Source: Bacilli bacterium (GTDB lineage Bacteria > Bacillota_I > Bacilli_A > RF39 > UBA660). Taken from it: DNA of 64,000 nt. Location of the stretch: the NCBI GenBank assembly GCA_017432825.1, contig JAFRIJ010000003.1:2490-66489 (forward strand). Direction: 5' to 3'. Every line of letters starts with the position of its first letter. The stretch's first letter is position 1. Shown one piece after another: positions 38,943 to 49,491 of the stretch. Under the pieces are notes generated by a model. The model searched no databases. It had not been told where the DNA came from and saw nothing but the letters and a program-made list of their open reading frames with translations. A program made the position numbers and the translations under genes.

Positions 38943-41311
38943 TGATTAGTTTAAATTGGGTTAAAGATTATATTGATATAGATGATCAAAATGTATATGA
39001 TTTGGCTGATAAGATAACCAGAGCAGGTATTAATGTTGAGAGTGTAATTACTCATCATATTGATGGATTAGTTATTGGTAAAATTATATCTCTTGAAGAT
39101 CATCCTGATAGTGATCATTTGCATGTATGTATTGTTGATATAGGAGTTGAGAAATTACAAATAGTATGTGGCGCTCCTAATGTTAGAGTTGGTTTAAAAG
39201 TTATAGTTGCTAAAGTTGGAGCTGTTCTTCCTTCTGATTTTGAAATAAAAAAGAGTAAGATTCGCGGAGTTGAATCTTATGGTATGTTATGTGCTTTATT
39301 TGAACTTGGTATTGAGGAAAAGAATGATGAAAATTATAGTAAAGGGATATGTGAATTAGGTGAGGATGCTACTATTGGTGATGATCCATTAGTTTATTTA
39401 GGATTAGATGATACTTTATATGATTTAGATATTCATAAGCATCGTAATAATGATTGTTATTATCATATTGGATTTGCATATGAAATTGCTTGTATTTTAA
39501 ATCGTAAAGTAAAACTTCCTTCTTTAGATTTTAAAACTTTTAATGACAAAATAAGTGATAATTTTAAACTAAAGGTTGAGAGTAAAAAATGTTCTTACTA
39601 TGTAGCTAGAGAAGTTAGAGATGTTAAAATTGGAGAAAGCCCTGATTTTATTAAGAAGAGATTAATTGCTGCTGGTATGAGACCTATTAATAATGTAGTT
39701 GATATTTCTAATTATGTTATGCTTGAATTTGGTCAACCTTTACATTTCTTTGATAAGGATAAATTGGGAGATACTATTCTTGTTAGAGATGCTAAAGATG
39801 GTGAAAAAATTGTTACTTTGGATGATAAAGAAAGAGTATTAAGTAGCGATGATATAGTTATTACTGATGGTAGTAAAGTTATTTGTATAGCGGGTGTTAT
39901 GGGTGGCAAAAATACAGAAGTTGATGATTATACTAAAAACATTTTAATTGAATCTGCTATATTTGATCCTGTTAGTATTAGAAATACTTCTCGTAAATTG
40001 GAACTTCCTAGTGAAGCTAGTATTAGATATGGTAAAGGTTTAAATTATGAATATACTGATATGGCTTCTAGAAGAGCTTGTCATTTATTAGAAAAGTATG
40101 CTGGTGCTACTATACTTGATTCTTTTGTTCTTTATGATAATGAAGATCATTCTGATAAAAAAATATCATTTAAAGCTAATGATGTTAATAAGATATTAGG
40201 AATTAATATATCTATTGATGATATGAAAAAAGAACTTGAAAGATTAGATTTTCCATTTACTTTAAAAAGTGATATATTTAATGTGGTTATTCCTAAAAGA
40301 AGAGTTGATATAGAATGTAATGTTAATGATATTGCTGAAGAAATAGGTAGATTATATGGCTATAATAATTTAGTATCTTCTTTACCTAATGTTAAGGTTA
40401 AAAGAGGGGAATATATTGGAGATGTTAAGTATCGTAAAATAGTTTCACGACGATTAAGAAGTTTAGGTTTAAATGAAGTTAAGACATATACTTTGGTTAG
40501 CCCTAATATGGCTAATATGTTTAGATATGATGATTGTAAACAAGTTAAATTACCTAATCCTATGAGTATTGATAAGAGTATTGTTAGAACTACTTTAATT
40601 CCTTCATTACTTAATGTTTATGATTATAATGTTAGTAGAGGAGTTAAAGATATAAATATTTATGAAATATCAAAAACATATGATTCTTCTTATAATGAGG
40701 TTTCTAAAATATGTGGATTAATGAGTGGTAGTTATGCTGATAGTCCATGGAAAAGAGATTTTGAAGTTGATTTTTATGTTGTTAAAGGTATCGTAGAAGA
40801 ATTACTTGATTATATGGGATATAATGGTAGATATTCTTTTGTAAGAAGTAATTGTAATGATTTACATCCTGGAATACAAGGAAACATTGTTTTGGATGGA
40901 AAAAATATTGGTATTATTGGGAAAATTCATCCTAGTATTATAAAAAAAGATGTATTTATATTTGAAATTAATTTAAATAGTTTAATTGGAAAAACTTCTA
41001 AACTTAAATATAAGAGTGCATTTAAATATCCTTCCATTACTAAGGATATGGCTTATATCGTTGATAAAAATATTTTAGTTGGTGATATTATTAGTACTAT
41101 TAAAAAAGCTGGTGATAAGACTTTACAAGATGTTGTTGTTTTTGATGTTTATGAAGGGGATAAAATTAATAATGATAAAAAGAGTGTTGCTTTTTCTTTA
41201 GTATTTAATGGTATAGATCATACTTTAAAGGATGAAGATGTAATGGTTATATTTAATAATATTATTAAAGAAGTTAAAAATAAATATAAGGCTGTATTAA
41301 GAGATAATTAA
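38942..41311 (+). CDS. pheT: phenylalanine--tRNA ligase beta subunit
   Basis: 789 aa. It has a tRNA-binding N-domain, B3/B4 and B5 domains and a C-terminal FDX-ACB-like region, and is coupled to pheS. Confidence 0.9.
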   Translation: MISLNWVKDYIDIDDQNVYDLADKITRAGINVESVITHHIDGLVIGKIISLEDHPDSDHLHVCIVDIGVEKLQIVCGAPNVRVGLKVIVAKVGAVLPSDFEIKKSKIRGVESYGMLCALFELGIEEKNDENYSKGICELGEDATIGDDPLVYLGLDDTLYDLDIHKHRNNDCYYHIGFAYEIACILNRKVKLPSLDFKTFNDKISDNFKLKVESKKCSYYVAREVRDVKIGESPDFIKKRLIAAGMRPINNVVDISNYVMLEFGQPLHFFDKDKLGDTILVRDAKDGEKIVTLDDKERVLSSDDIVITDGSKVICIAGVMGGKNTEVDDYTKNILIESAIFDPVSIRNTSRKLELPSEASIRYGKGLNYEYTDMASRRACHLLEKYAGATILDSFVLYDNEDHSDKKISFKANDVNKILGINISIDDMKKELERLDFPFTLKSDIFNVVIPKRRVDIECNVNDIAEEIGRLYGYNNLVSSLPNVKVKRGEYIGDVKYRKIVSRRLRSLGLNEVKTYTLVSPNMANMFRYDDCKQVKLPNPMSIDKSIVRTTLIPSLLNVYDYNVSRGVKDINIYEISKTYDSSYNEVSKICGLMSGSYADSPWKRDFEVDFYVVKGIVEELLDYMGYNGRYSFVRSNCNDLHPGIQGNIVLDGKNIGIIGKIHPSIIKKDVFIFEINLNSLIGKTSKLKYKSAFKYPSITKDMAYIVDKNILVGDIISTIKKAGDKTLQDVVVFDVYEGDKINNDKKSVAFSLVFNGIDHTLKDEDVMVIFNNIIKEVKNKYKAVLRDN

Positions 41312-41315
41312 AAAA

Positions 41316-41345
41316 ATAACTTAAGTTTTCTTAAGTTATTTTATT
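41316..41345. terminator. bidirectional terminator AATAACTTAAG-TTTTC-CTTAAGTTATT
   Basis: An 11-bp inverted repeat between the convergent pheT and the minus-strand ORF. Confidence 0.6.
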
Positions 41346-42445
41346 TCATAAGGATTATTTTTTGTGCCATCGCCTGATACATAGAACGTGTCTTCTGTTA
41401 ATACTATTACGGGTTTTATTTTAGCAGAAGAGCTTGCTTTACTACTATTTATTGTTTGCCAATCATATTTATATACTTCATATGTATTACTTGCATTTGC
41501 GGTTAGTAGCCACCAGCTATAATCATTTGATGCTAGATAGTTATAATTATTACATGATTCGTTATTTAATGATTTACAATTACTATCAGTACTTGCGTTT
41601 AAATAATCATATGCTGGCAATAGGGTAATATATTGATTACTTAATATATTACTTTTTTCAGCTGACCCATCTTTACTTTCATCTGTTATAGATCTTTTTC
41701 CTATTTCTGCATTAGTACTTGATATTAATAATTTCTGTTCATCAGTAAATAGTTTTTTTTCATTATATAGTAAATTAAGATAATCTTTTATTCTAGATAC
41801 TTCATATTTGTTTATTCCTATTCTTGATTCTTTATCTTCATTATATCTATCGTCCCATTCAATTGCAGATTCTTCTTTTATTTTTTCATCTAAAATAATT
41901 TTTACTTTGTTATCTTTTATTTTTACAATTCTCCAATTATAGTTAGCAAATTTTATATAGTTATTTACATTTTCTCCTCTATATACTAATTCACTATTTA
42001 ATTCGTATAATCCGTCTCCAGTTTTAACGATTTTTTCATTTTCTTTTATGTATTCTACTATATATTTTGATTTATAATTATCACATTCTAATTTTGGAGT
42101 ATGTTTATAATTATTATTAATTTTGGTTATATTTACTTTTCCAGTACATTTTTCTTTGTCATTTTTTAAGTATTCATTTATGTTTTTCATGTAGTTTTGT
42201 TTAACTAATTCATTTACTTCTATACTTGTTATTTCTCCTTCATTTTGTGGCAATCTTTCTTTATTTTGATCATAATATTTTTTAGATGCATCTACCATTA
42301 TTTTTTCTATTTCGGCGTAAGATTTTTTGTAAAACATTTTGTTATACATTAGAGCACCTACCATAAATAGTATAATTATTACTATTATTATAACTATTAT
42401 CGTAATTATTTTTTTAATTCCTATTTTATTCATTATTTCTTTCAT
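41336..42445 (-). CDS. N-terminally membrane-anchored secreted protein, function unknown
   Basis: RBS GAGGGA. The N-terminal signal-anchor IITIIVIIIVIIILFMVGAL is followed by a 330-aa extracytoplasmic domain. No family was recognised. Confidence 0.5.
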   Translation of the reverse strand: MKEIMNKIGIKKIITIIVIIIVIIILFMVGALMYNKMFYKKSYAEIEKIMVDASKKYYDQNKERLPQNEGEITSIEVNELVKQNYMKNINEYLKNDKEKCTGKVNITKINNNYKHTPKLECDNYKSKYIVEYIKENEKIVKTGDGLYELNSELVYRGENVNNYIKFANYNWRIVKIKDNKVKIILDEKIKEESAIEWDDRYNEDKESRIGINKYEVSRIKDYLNLLYNEKKLFTDEQKLLISSTNAEIGKRSITDESKDGSAEKSNILSNQYITLLPAYDYLNASTDSNCKSLNNESCNNYNYLASNDYSWWLLTANASNTYEVYKYDWQTINSSKASSSAKIKPVIVLTEDTFYVSGDGTKNNPYEIK

Positions 42446-42556
42446 ATTATCCCTCGCTTTATTGGTAAAATTATATCAAATTTTGTTTTCTTTTTCAATA
42501 GTAATTGGTATATATTTAATACTTGTGCATATTGTTATATGAAAGGATATGATTTT

Positions 42557-43243
42557 ATGAAACAAATAATACCATTTCAGAAAGAATTATTATTTAAAAC
42601 TAAAGTTAGTGAAATTACTTCTATATCTTTAGAACATTCAATTTATACTTGTAATAGTGATGTTTTAACTGGTTCTTTTTTAGTTAGTGGGGATTATAAA
42701 ATGACTGAAGGATCTATTAATAAGGAAAAGTTTGATTTTGATATTCCTTTTGAAATATCACTTAATAATAAGTATGATGAAAAAACTGTTAAAATTGATA
42801 TTGATAATTTTTATTATGAGCTTATTAATAGTGAAATTCTAAAAGTTAATATAGATGTATATGTTGTTGGAGAAGAGGTTAATACTAATGATATAAATGA
42901 TACTAATAATGTTATAGATGAAGATAGAGTTGAAGTTACTTCCAGTGAAAGTAATGTTAAAGAAGAAGTAAAAGTAGAAGATAAAATAGAAAGTAATGTT
43001 AAAGAAGAAGTAAAAGTAGAAGATAAAATAGAAAGTAATGTTAATATTAATAATAGTATTTTTAATAATATTGATAGTGGTGAAACATATATTACATATT
43101 TTGTTTATGTTGTTAAGGAAGGGGATACTTTAGATAGTATTTTAAATAAATTTAATGTTACAAAAGATGAATTAGAGAAGTATAATGATTTGTCTTTATT
43201 TAAGGAAAAAACTAAATTAGTTATTCCTAGTAATAATGAATAG
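42557..43243 (+). CDS. SpoVID-like LysM-domain spore-coat morphogenetic protein (short form)
   Basis: N-terminal MKQIIPFQKELLFKTKVSEITSISLEH... region (SpoVID_N-like), a C-terminal LysM (YVVKEGDTLDSILNKFNVTKDELEKYNDL...KLVIP), and a ysxE-like gene downstream as in Bacillus. An alternative start lies at 42539. Confidence 0.5.
   Translation: MKQIIPFQKELLFKTKVSEITSISLEHSIYTCNSDVLTGSFLVSGDYKMTEGSINKEKFDFDIPFEISLNNKYDEKTVKIDIDNFYYELINSEILKVNIDVYVVGEEVNTNDINDTNNVIDEDRVEVTSSESNVKEEVKVEDKIESNVKEEVKVEDKIESNVNINNSIFNNIDSGETYITYFVYVVKEGDTLDSILNKFNVTKDELEKYNDLSLFKEKTKLVIPSNNE
42950..43045 (+). repeat. perfect 42-bp tandem repeat x2.3 inside the SpoVID-like CDS (encodes SNVKEEVKVEDKIE x2)
   Basis: agtaatgttaaagaagaagtaaaagtagaagataaaatagaa is repeated identically at 42950-42991 and 42992-43033, with a partial third copy. 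Confidence 0.85.
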
Positions 43244-44135
43244 GGAAATAAGGGAATTATTTGATAATAATAATATAATAATTGATAAAATTACTATTAA
43301 ATCTAGTGTATTAATTATTGATAGTGGTAGTAATAAGTATGTTGTTAAGAAAAAGAATACAGTAATAGATTCCTTATATAGATATTTAAGAAGTAGAAAT
43401 TTTTATCATTTTCCTAATATATTGTATGAAACTGATAATTATTCAGTTTTTGAGTATATTAATGGAATTAATATTCCAAATGAAGAAGCATCTGTTGATA
43501 TTATTAAACTTTGTTCATTACTTCATAGTAAGACTACTTTTTATAAGGATGTTGATGAAGATTATTATAAGAAAATATATGAGGATGTTATTGATAGAAT
43601 TAATTATCTATATAATTATTATGATGATTTTGCTAATATAATTGATAGTGAAGAATATATGTCTCCTTCTAATTATTATTTTATTAGAAATGTTTCTTTG
43701 TTATTTAGTAATTTAAATTTTTGTAGATACGCTATAGAAGAGTGGCTTAAATTAATTAAGGAAAAGAAGAGAATAAGAGTTGTTAATTTACATAATAATT
43801 TATCTTTGGATCATTTTTTGCTTTCAGATAAATCTTATTTCATTAGCTGGGAAAAAAGTAAGAGGGATATGCCTATATATGATTTAATTAATTTTTATAA
43901 AAAATATTATGATGATTTTGATTTTTCTGAATTATTTGGTATATATGAATCGTTTTATCCATTGTTAAGAGAAGAGAAATTATTATTGCTTTGTTTAATA
44001 TCTATTCCTGATAAACTTTTATTTAATGATAATGAATATGATATGTGCAATAATATAAATAATTTTTATAATTATATTAAAGCATCTTTGAGGATAGTAG
44101 AGGATAATAAGAAAATAATTGATAGTAAGGAATAA
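43236..44135 (+). CDS. CotS/YsxE-family spore-coat kinase-like protein (aminoglycoside-phosphotransferase fold)
   Basis: LHNNLSLDHFLL (a degenerate HGDLhpgN catalytic loop) and ISWEKSKRDMPIYDLINFY (DFE-like). It is coupled to the SpoVID-like gene by an 8-nt overlap. Confidence 0.55.
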   Translation: MNREIRELFDNNNIIIDKITIKSSVLIIDSGSNKYVVKKKNTVIDSLYRYLRSRNFYHFPNILYETDNYSVFEYINGINIPNEEASVDIIKLCSLLHSKTTFYKDVDEDYYKKIYEDVIDRINYLYNYYDDFANIIDSEEYMSPSNYYFIRNVSLLFSNLNFCRYAIEEWLKLIKEKKRIRVVNLHNNLSLDHFLLSDKSYFISWEKSKRDMPIYDLINFYKKYYDDFDFSELFGIYESFYPLLREEKLLLLCLISIPDKLLFNDNEYDMCNNINNFYNYIKASLRIVEDNKKIIDSKE

Positions 44136-44160
44136 ATGAAATATTTTATTCTTTTTTTAT
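44131..44160 (+). terminator. intrinsic terminator GAATAAA-N-TTTATTC + T7
   Basis: Hairpin plus T-run spanning the stop. Confidence 0.45.
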
Positions 44161-44208
44161 ATTTTCATTAATTATTGAAAAAAAGTTAAAAAAAGAGTTA
44201 AAAAATGC

Positions 44209-44237
44209 TTGCAAAAGCTTAAAATATATAATATAAT
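44209..44237 (+). promoter_or_regulatory. S10 operon promoter TTGCAA-N17-TATAAT
   Basis: Near-consensus -35/-10. It is followed by a ~130-nt leader that is noticeably richer in G and C than the surrounding intergenic sequence. Confidence 0.6.
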
Positions 44238-44371
44238 ATCATTCGTGTAGATGGCGAAGATGTGCAAAGTTGCTGATACACCCGGTTAAGTTGTAAAATA
44301 ATCATTTGGGTTAGATCAGGTAATTTGTTCGGAGCAAGTCTATACTAGATATAGGCGAAAGGAGGAAAAAT

Positions 44372-44680
44372 ATGTCAACTACTAAAGTTAGAATTAAATT
44401 AAAGGCATATGAACACCAAATTGTTGATGATGCTGCTGCTAAAATAGTTGCTACTGTTAAAAGAACTGGTGGAGAAGTTAGTGGTCCTGTACCTCTTCCT
44501 ACTAAGGTTGAAAAGTTTACTATTTTAAGAGCTGTACATAAATATAAAGATTCTAGAGAACAATTTGAAATGCGTACGCATAAAAGATTAATTGACATCA
44601 ATAACCCTAGTAAAGAAACAATAGATGCTTTAAGTCATTTAGATTTACCTAGTGGTGTTGATATACAAATCAAATATTAG
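44372..44680 (+). CDS. rpsJ: 30S ribosomal protein S10
   Basis: [12 protein letters not shown] is canonical S10. Confidence 0.95.
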   Translation: MSTTKVRIKLKAYEHQIVDDAAAKIVATVKRTGGEVSGPVPLPTKVEKFTILRAVHKYKDSREQFEMRTHKRLIDINNPSKETIDALSHLDLPSGVDIQIKY

Positions 44681-44691
44681 GAGGGAAAAAT

Positions 44692-45486
44692 ATGAAAGGA
44701 ATCTTAGGTCGTAAGATTGGGATGACTCAGGTTTTTGCTGCTAATGGTAAATTAGTACCTGTTACAGTTATTGAAGTTGAACCTAATATCGTTAGTCAAA
44801 TTAAGACAAAAGAAAATGATGGATATGATGCTATTCAACTTGCTGCTGTTAGTAAAAAGGAAAAGAAAGCTAATAAACCAGAACTTGGTCATCTAAAGAA
44901 AGCTAATACATCACCTAAGCGCTTCTTAAAAGAACTTAGAGGTGTTGATGTTAGTGGCTATAGCCTTGGTCAAGAATTGAAGGCTGATATATTTAGTTTA
45001 GGAGAAATGGTTGATGTAACTGGCACTTCTAAAGGAAAAGGAACACAAGGTGTTATTAAACGTTGGAATCAATCTCGTGGCCCAATGGGACATGGTAGTC
45101 AATATCACCGTGGTGTTGGTTCATTAGGTACAATGTTACCAATGAGAGTTTTACCAGGAAAGAAAATGCCTGGACGTATGGGTGGAGAACAAGTTACTGT
45201 TCAAAACTTAGAGGTTATTCAAATTGACCTTGAAAACAATGTTATCTTAGTTAAAGGAAATGTTCCTGGTCCTAAAAAGTCATTAGTATTTATTAAATCT
45301 GCTGTTAAAAATAATGGTAAGATTAATCCTGAAACTGTTTTAGTTAGTTATGTTACTGAAGAAGTTAAGGATGAAACTACTAATGTAGAAGAGAATACTT
45401 ATGAGGTTGTTGAGGAAGCTCCAGTTGTAGAAGAGGTTTCTGAAGAAGTAAAAACTGATGATGAAACTAACAAGGAGGCAGAATAA
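44692..45486 (+). CDS. rplC: 50S ribosomal protein L3 (with ~50-aa acidic C-terminal extension)
   Basis: The [15 protein letters not shown] core is followed by an [13 protein letters not shown]...[12 protein letters not shown] tail. Confidence 0.95.
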   Translation: MKGILGRKIGMTQVFAANGKLVPVTVIEVEPNIVSQIKTKENDGYDAIQLAAVSKKEKKANKPELGHLKKANTSPKRFLKELRGVDVSGYSLGQELKADIFSLGEMVDVTGTSKGKGTQGVIKRWNQSRGPMGHGSQYHRGVGSLGTMLPMRVLPGKKMPGRMGGEQVTVQNLEVIQIDLENNVILVKGNVPGPKKSLVFIKSAVKNNGKINPETVLVSYVTEEVKDETTNVEENTYEVVEEAPVVEEVSEEVKTDDETNKEAE

Positions 45487-46121
45487 TGGCTAAAATAGAA
45501 ATTGTTAATATTAAGGGCAAAAAAGTTAAGGATAAAAATTTAAAAGATAACGTTTGGGGTATTACTCCTAATGATGCTGTACTTCATAATGCAATTGTTT
45601 TGAATATGGCAAATGCTAGACAAGCATCAGCATCTACTAAAACAAGAAGTGAAGTATCTGGTGGTGGTAGAAAGCCATGGAGACAAAAAGGAACAGGTAA
45701 TGCTCGTCAAGGTTCTATAAGAGCTACACAATGGCGTGGCGGTGGAATTGTATTTGGACCTAATCCAAATAAAAATTACACTAAGAAAATGAATAAGAAG
45801 GAAAGAAAATTAGCACTTAAGAGTGCATTAGCTTATAAAGTAATTGATAGGGAATTAATTGTTATTGATGAAATTAAATTAGAAACTAATAAAACTCGTG
45901 AAATGTTTAATTTATTAAGTAAGTTTAATATTGAATATAATAAAGTGTTAGTTGTTGTAAATGAATTAACTGATAATGTATGTTTAGCTAGTAGAAATTT
46001 AGCTAATGTTAAAGTTGTTACTTTTGATGAAGTTAATGCTTTTGATTTAGTTAGTGCTGATAATATGTTAATTGAAGTTAATGCACTTGATAAATTAGAG
46101 GAGGTGCTTGGTAATGAATAA
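45486..46121 (+). CDS. rplD: 50S ribosomal protein L4
   Basis: KPWRQKGTGNARQGS motif. Confidence 0.95.
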   Translation: MAKIEIVNIKGKKVKDKNLKDNVWGITPNDAVLHNAIVLNMANARQASASTKTRSEVSGGGRKPWRQKGTGNARQGSIRATQWRGGGIVFGPNPNKNYTKKMNKKERKLALKSALAYKVIDRELIVIDEIKLETNKTREMFNLLSKFNIEYNKVLVVVNELTDNVCLASRNLANVKVVTFDEVNAFDLVSADNMLIEVNALDKLEEVLGNE

Positions 46122-46389
46122 TTATGAAATAATTTTTGCACCTGTTATTACTGAAAAAAGTGCTTCTATGGAAGCAGAAGGTAAATATGTTTTCAAGGTT
46201 GATGTTAGAGCTAATAAAACACAAATTAAACAAGCTGTTGAAAAAATATTTAATGTAAAAGTTGAAAGCGTTACTACTATGAATATTCATCCAAAGACTC
46301 GTAGAGTTGGTAAATATAGTGGTAAAGCAAATAGATATAAAAAGGCTATTGTTAAATTAGCTAGCGGTAGTACTATTAGTTTTGATTAA
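46114..46389 (+). CDS. rplW: 50S ribosomal protein L23
   Basis: PVITEKS..FKVD motif with RBS GAGGAGGTG. Confidence 0.9.
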   Translation: MNNYEIIFAPVITEKSASMEAEGKYVFKVDVRANKTQIKQAVEKIFNVKVESVTTMNIHPKTRRVGKYSGKANRYKKAIVKLASGSTISFD

Positions 46390-46406
46390 TATAAGGAGGA
46401 ATTAAC

Positions 46407-47237
46407 ATGGCAATAAGAGTATTAAAACCAAATACAAATGCTCAAAGAAATATGAGTTATTTAAAAAGTGATGAAATTACTAAAACTACTCCTGAAAAAA
46501 GTTTAGTTGTAACTACTAATAAGACTAATGGTCGTAATAACCAAGGTAGAATTACTGTTAGACATCGTGGTGGCGGTGTTAAGAGAAAATATCGTTTGGT
46601 TGATTTCAAGAGAGTTAAAGATGGTATAACTGCTGTCGTTAAGGGAATAGAGTATGATCCTAATAGAAGTGCTAATATTGCACTTATAACATATAAGGAT
46701 GGAACTAAATCTTATATTCTTGCTCCTAAAGAATTAACTGTTGGAGCTATTGTTGAATCTGGTGCTAAAACTGATGTTAAAGTTGGTAATGCAATGGAAA
46801 TTATGAATATTCCAGTTGGTACTGTTATTCACAATATTGAACTTAGACCTGGTAAAGGTGGACAACTTGCAAGAAGTGCAGGTAATAGTGCACAAATATT
46901 AGGACGTGAAGGTAAATATGTTTTAGTTAGATTAGCAAGTGGTGAAACAAGAAAAATCTTAGGTACTTGTCGTGCTACTATTGGTACTGTTGGTAATGAA
47001 GATTTTGCTTTAGTTAAAGTTGGAAAAGCAGGACGTAAGAGACATATGGGTATTAGACCTACTGTTCGTGGTTCTGTTATGAATCCTAATGATCACCCAC
47101 ATGGTGGTGGTGAAGGTAGAGCTCCAGTTGGTAGAAGTGGACCAATGACTCCATGGGGTAAACCTGCATTAGGATATAAGACTAGAAAGAATAAGAAGGA
47201 ATCAGATAAATATATCGTGACTCGTCGTACTAAATAA
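46407..47237 (+). CDS. rplB: 50S ribosomal protein L2
   Basis: [13 protein letters not shown] motif. Confidence 0.95.
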   Translation: MAIRVLKPNTNAQRNMSYLKSDEITKTTPEKSLVVTTNKTNGRNNQGRITVRHRGGGVKRKYRLVDFKRVKDGITAVVKGIEYDPNRSANIALITYKDGTKSYILAPKELTVGAIVESGAKTDVKVGNAMEIMNIPVGTVIHNIELRPGKGGQLARSAGNSAQILGREGKYVLVRLASGETRKILGTCRATIGTVGNEDFALVKVGKAGRKRHMGIRPTVRGSVMNPNDHPHGGGEGRAPVGRSGPMTPWGKPALGYKTRKNKKESDKYIVTRRTK

Positions 47238-47259
47238 TAAAGAAAGGATTGAATTTTAA

Positions 47260-47535
47260 ATGGCAAGAAGTTTAAAAAAAGGACCTTTTGTTGATAGTAA
47301 TTTGATGAAAAAGGTTCAATTGTTAAATGAATCTGGAAAAAAAGAAGTAATAAAAACTTGGTCTCGTCGTTCTACAATTTATCCTGATTTTATTGGACAC
47401 ACTTTTGCAGTACATAATGGTAAAGAATTTATTCCAGTTTATGTTACTGAAGATATGGTAGGACATAAATTAGGTGAGTTCTCTATGACTCGTAAATTTG
47501 GTGGACACGGCGCAGAAAAGAATGATAATAAGTAA
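47260..47535 (+). CDS. rpsS: 30S ribosomal protein S19
   Basis: SLKKGPFVD...[10 protein letters not shown]. Confidence 0.95.
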   Translation: MARSLKKGPFVDSNLMKKVQLLNESGKKEVIKTWSRRSTIYPDFIGHTFAVHNGKEFIPVYVTEDMVGHKLGEFSMTRKFGGHGAEKNDNK

Positions 47536-47553
47536 ACTTAAGGAGGCGTGATG

Positions 47554-47901
47554 ATGCAGAAGACTGAAGTTAAGGCAGTTTTAAAGACTGTTAGAATAGC
47601 TCCTCGTAAAACAAGATTAATTATTGATTTAATTAGAGGAAAAGAAGTTAGTGAAGCTAAAGCTATTTTAGCTAATCAAACTCAAAGAGCTGCAAGAGTA
47701 ATTGAAAAAGTATTAAATTCTGCTATTGCTAATGCAGTTAATAATCATGAATTAGAAGAAGATAAATTATATGTAAAGGCTTGTTATGTTGATGAATCTA
47801 TAGTTATGAAAAGAGCAAAGATGGATTCTCGTGGACATGTTGGTAGAAACGACCATAAAACTAGTCATATTACAATAATTCTTGGTAGTAATGAAAAATA
47901 A
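47554..47901 (+). CDS. rplV: 50S ribosomal protein L22
   Basis: [18 protein letters not shown]. An alternative start is at 47551. Confidence 0.9.
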   Translation: MQKTEVKAVLKTVRIAPRKTRLIIDLIRGKEVSEAKAILANQTQRAARVIEKVLNSAIANAVNNHELEEDKLYVKACYVDESIVMKRAKMDSRGHVGRNDHKTSHITIILGSNEK

Positions 47902-47921
47902 TTGGTAAAGGAGGATTAGTT

Positions 47922-48590
47922 ATGGGACAAAAAGTTAGTCCAGTTGGACTTAGAATTGGCATAAATAAAGACTGGGAAAGTAAATGGTATGCTGATAAAA
48001 AAGATTTTTCTAAATTTCTTATTAATGATGTTAAGATTCGTAAGTATTTAGAAAAGAAATTTGCTTCTAGTGGTATTTCTTCAATTGTTATTGAAAGAAA
48101 GCAATCTAGATGTGAAGTTATTATGTATGTATCTAAACCTGGTTTAGTTATTGGTCAAAATGGTAGCGAAATTGAAAATGTTAAGAAATATCTTTCTAAG
48201 TTAGTAAAAGAAGATGTACAAATTTCAGTTATTGAAGTTAAGAATCCTGATTTAGTTGCTAAGTTAGTAGCAGATAATATTGCTCATAATATTGAAAATC
48301 GTGTATCATTTAGAGTTGCTCAAAAGAAAGCTATTAGAAATACTATGAAAGCCGGTGCTATGGGTATTAAAACGTTAGTATCTGGTCGTTTGGGTGGAGC
48401 TGATATTGCTAGACCTGAAGGATATTCTGATGGTACAACGCCTTTACATACTTTAAGAGCTAATATAGATTATGCTCAAAGTGAAGCTGATACTACTTAT
48501 GGTAAGATTGGTGTTAAAGTATGGATTTATAAAGGTGAAATATTAGAAAATAAGGGAGGTAATTCTCATGTTGATGCCAAAAAGAACTAA
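47922..48590 (+). CDS. rpsC: 30S ribosomal protein S3
   Basis: [13 protein letters not shown] and a KH domain. Confidence 0.95.
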   Translation: MGQKVSPVGLRIGINKDWESKWYADKKDFSKFLINDVKIRKYLEKKFASSGISSIVIERKQSRCEVIMYVSKPGLVIGQNGSEIENVKKYLSKLVKEDVQISVIEVKNPDLVAKLVADNIAHNIENRVSFRVAQKKAIRNTMKAGAMGIKTLVSGRLGGADIARPEGYSDGTTPLHTLRANIDYAQSEADTTYGKIGVKVWIYKGEILENKGGNSHVDAKKN

Positions 48591-48999
48591 ACATAGAAAA
48601 ACTTTCCGTATTAAATACGAAGGTAAATCTAGGGGAAATACTGAACTTCATTTTGGTTCATATGGACTTATGGCAAAAGAGGGTGCTTGGATTACAGCTA
48701 ATCAAATTGAAGCTGCTCGTGTTGCTATGACTAGATTTATGAAACGTGGTGGAAGAGTTTGGGTTAATATATTCCCTCAACTTTCACTTACTAAAAAGCC
48801 TTTAGAAACTCGTCAAGGTAAAGGTAAAGGTGAACCAGAAGTATGGGTAGCTGTTGTTAAAAAAGGAAAAATTTTATTTGAAATAGATGAAGTAACTGAA
48901 GATGTTGCAAGAGAAGCTTTAAGACTTGCATCTCATAAGTTACCAATTAAATGTTCTTTTGTTAAGAAAGAGGGAAGTGGTGATAAGAATGAAAACTAA
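48568..48999 (+). CDS. rplP: 50S ribosomal protein L16
   Basis: [11 protein letters not shown]... Confidence 0.95.
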   Translation: MLMPKRTKHRKTFRIKYEGKSRGNTELHFGSYGLMAKEGAWITANQIEAARVAMTRFMKRGGRVWVNIFPQLSLTKKPLETRQGKGKGEPEVWVAVVKKGKILFEIDEVTEDVAREALRLASHKLPIKCSFVKKEGSGDKNEN

Positions 49000-49183
49000 T
49001 GAAATAAGAGAATTAACCACTGAAGATATAAATAAGAAGATAGTTGAATCTAAGGAAGAAATACTAAAGTTAAGATTTAAGCAAGCTACTGGTAGTTTGG
49101 AAAATCCAGCTCGTATTCATGAACTTAGAAAGTTTGTTGCAAGACTTAAGACTGTTCTTAGAGAACGTGAAATTAAGGATTAA
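48989..49183 (+). CDS. rpmC: 50S ribosomal protein L29
   Basis: [35 protein letters not shown]. The start is the internal ATG at 48989, overlapping the rplP stop. Confidence 0.9.
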   Translation: MKTNEIRELTTEDINKKIVESKEEILKLRFKQATGSLENPARIHELRKFVARLKTVLREREIKD

Positions 49184-49197
49184 AGGAGGACTTGCTT

Positions 49198-49458
49198 ATG
49201 AATGATAATAAAAAACGTGAATTAATTGGTGTTGTTGTAAGTGATAAAGCTGATAAGACAATAACAGTTAAGGTAGAAACTTATAAGATGAATCCAATTT
49301 ATAAAAAGAGAGTTAAGTATTCTAAAAAATATGCTGCTCATGATCCTGAAAACAAAGCTCATGTTGGTGATAAAGTAAAATTAGTTATGACTAGACCTTT
49401 ATCTAAAACTAAAAGATATGAACTTGTTGAAGTTGTTGAAAAGGCTGTTATTTTATAA
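49198..49458 (+). CDS. rpsQ: 30S ribosomal protein S17
   Basis: [20 protein letters not shown] with RBS AAAGGAGG 7 nt upstream. Confidence 0.9.
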   Translation: MNDNKKRELIGVVVSDKADKTITVKVETYKMNPIYKKRVKYSKKYAAHDPENKAHVGDKVKLVMTRPLSKTKRYELVEVVEKAVIL

Positions 49459-49491
49459 GATGTCTCTTTATTGTTGGGAGGAGGAAATTAA

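Noticed and set aside
42339-42542. 67-aa plus-strand ORF (all I/L/F) overlapping the start of the minus-strand gene 41336..42445
   Set aside because: It is the antisense reading of the TM-encoding region. The minus-strand gene has a strong RBS and a coherent domain structure.
44311-44601. 96-aa minus-strand ORF overlapping rpsJ and its leader
   Set aside because: It lies antisense to a highly conserved r-protein gene, has no RBS, and has an odd composition. It is an AT-rich frame artefact.
45833-46290. Minus-strand ORFs (102 aa and 70 aa) antisense to rplD/rplW
   Set aside because: They are fully embedded in conserved ribosomal genes on the opposite strand, with low-complexity S/L-rich translations.
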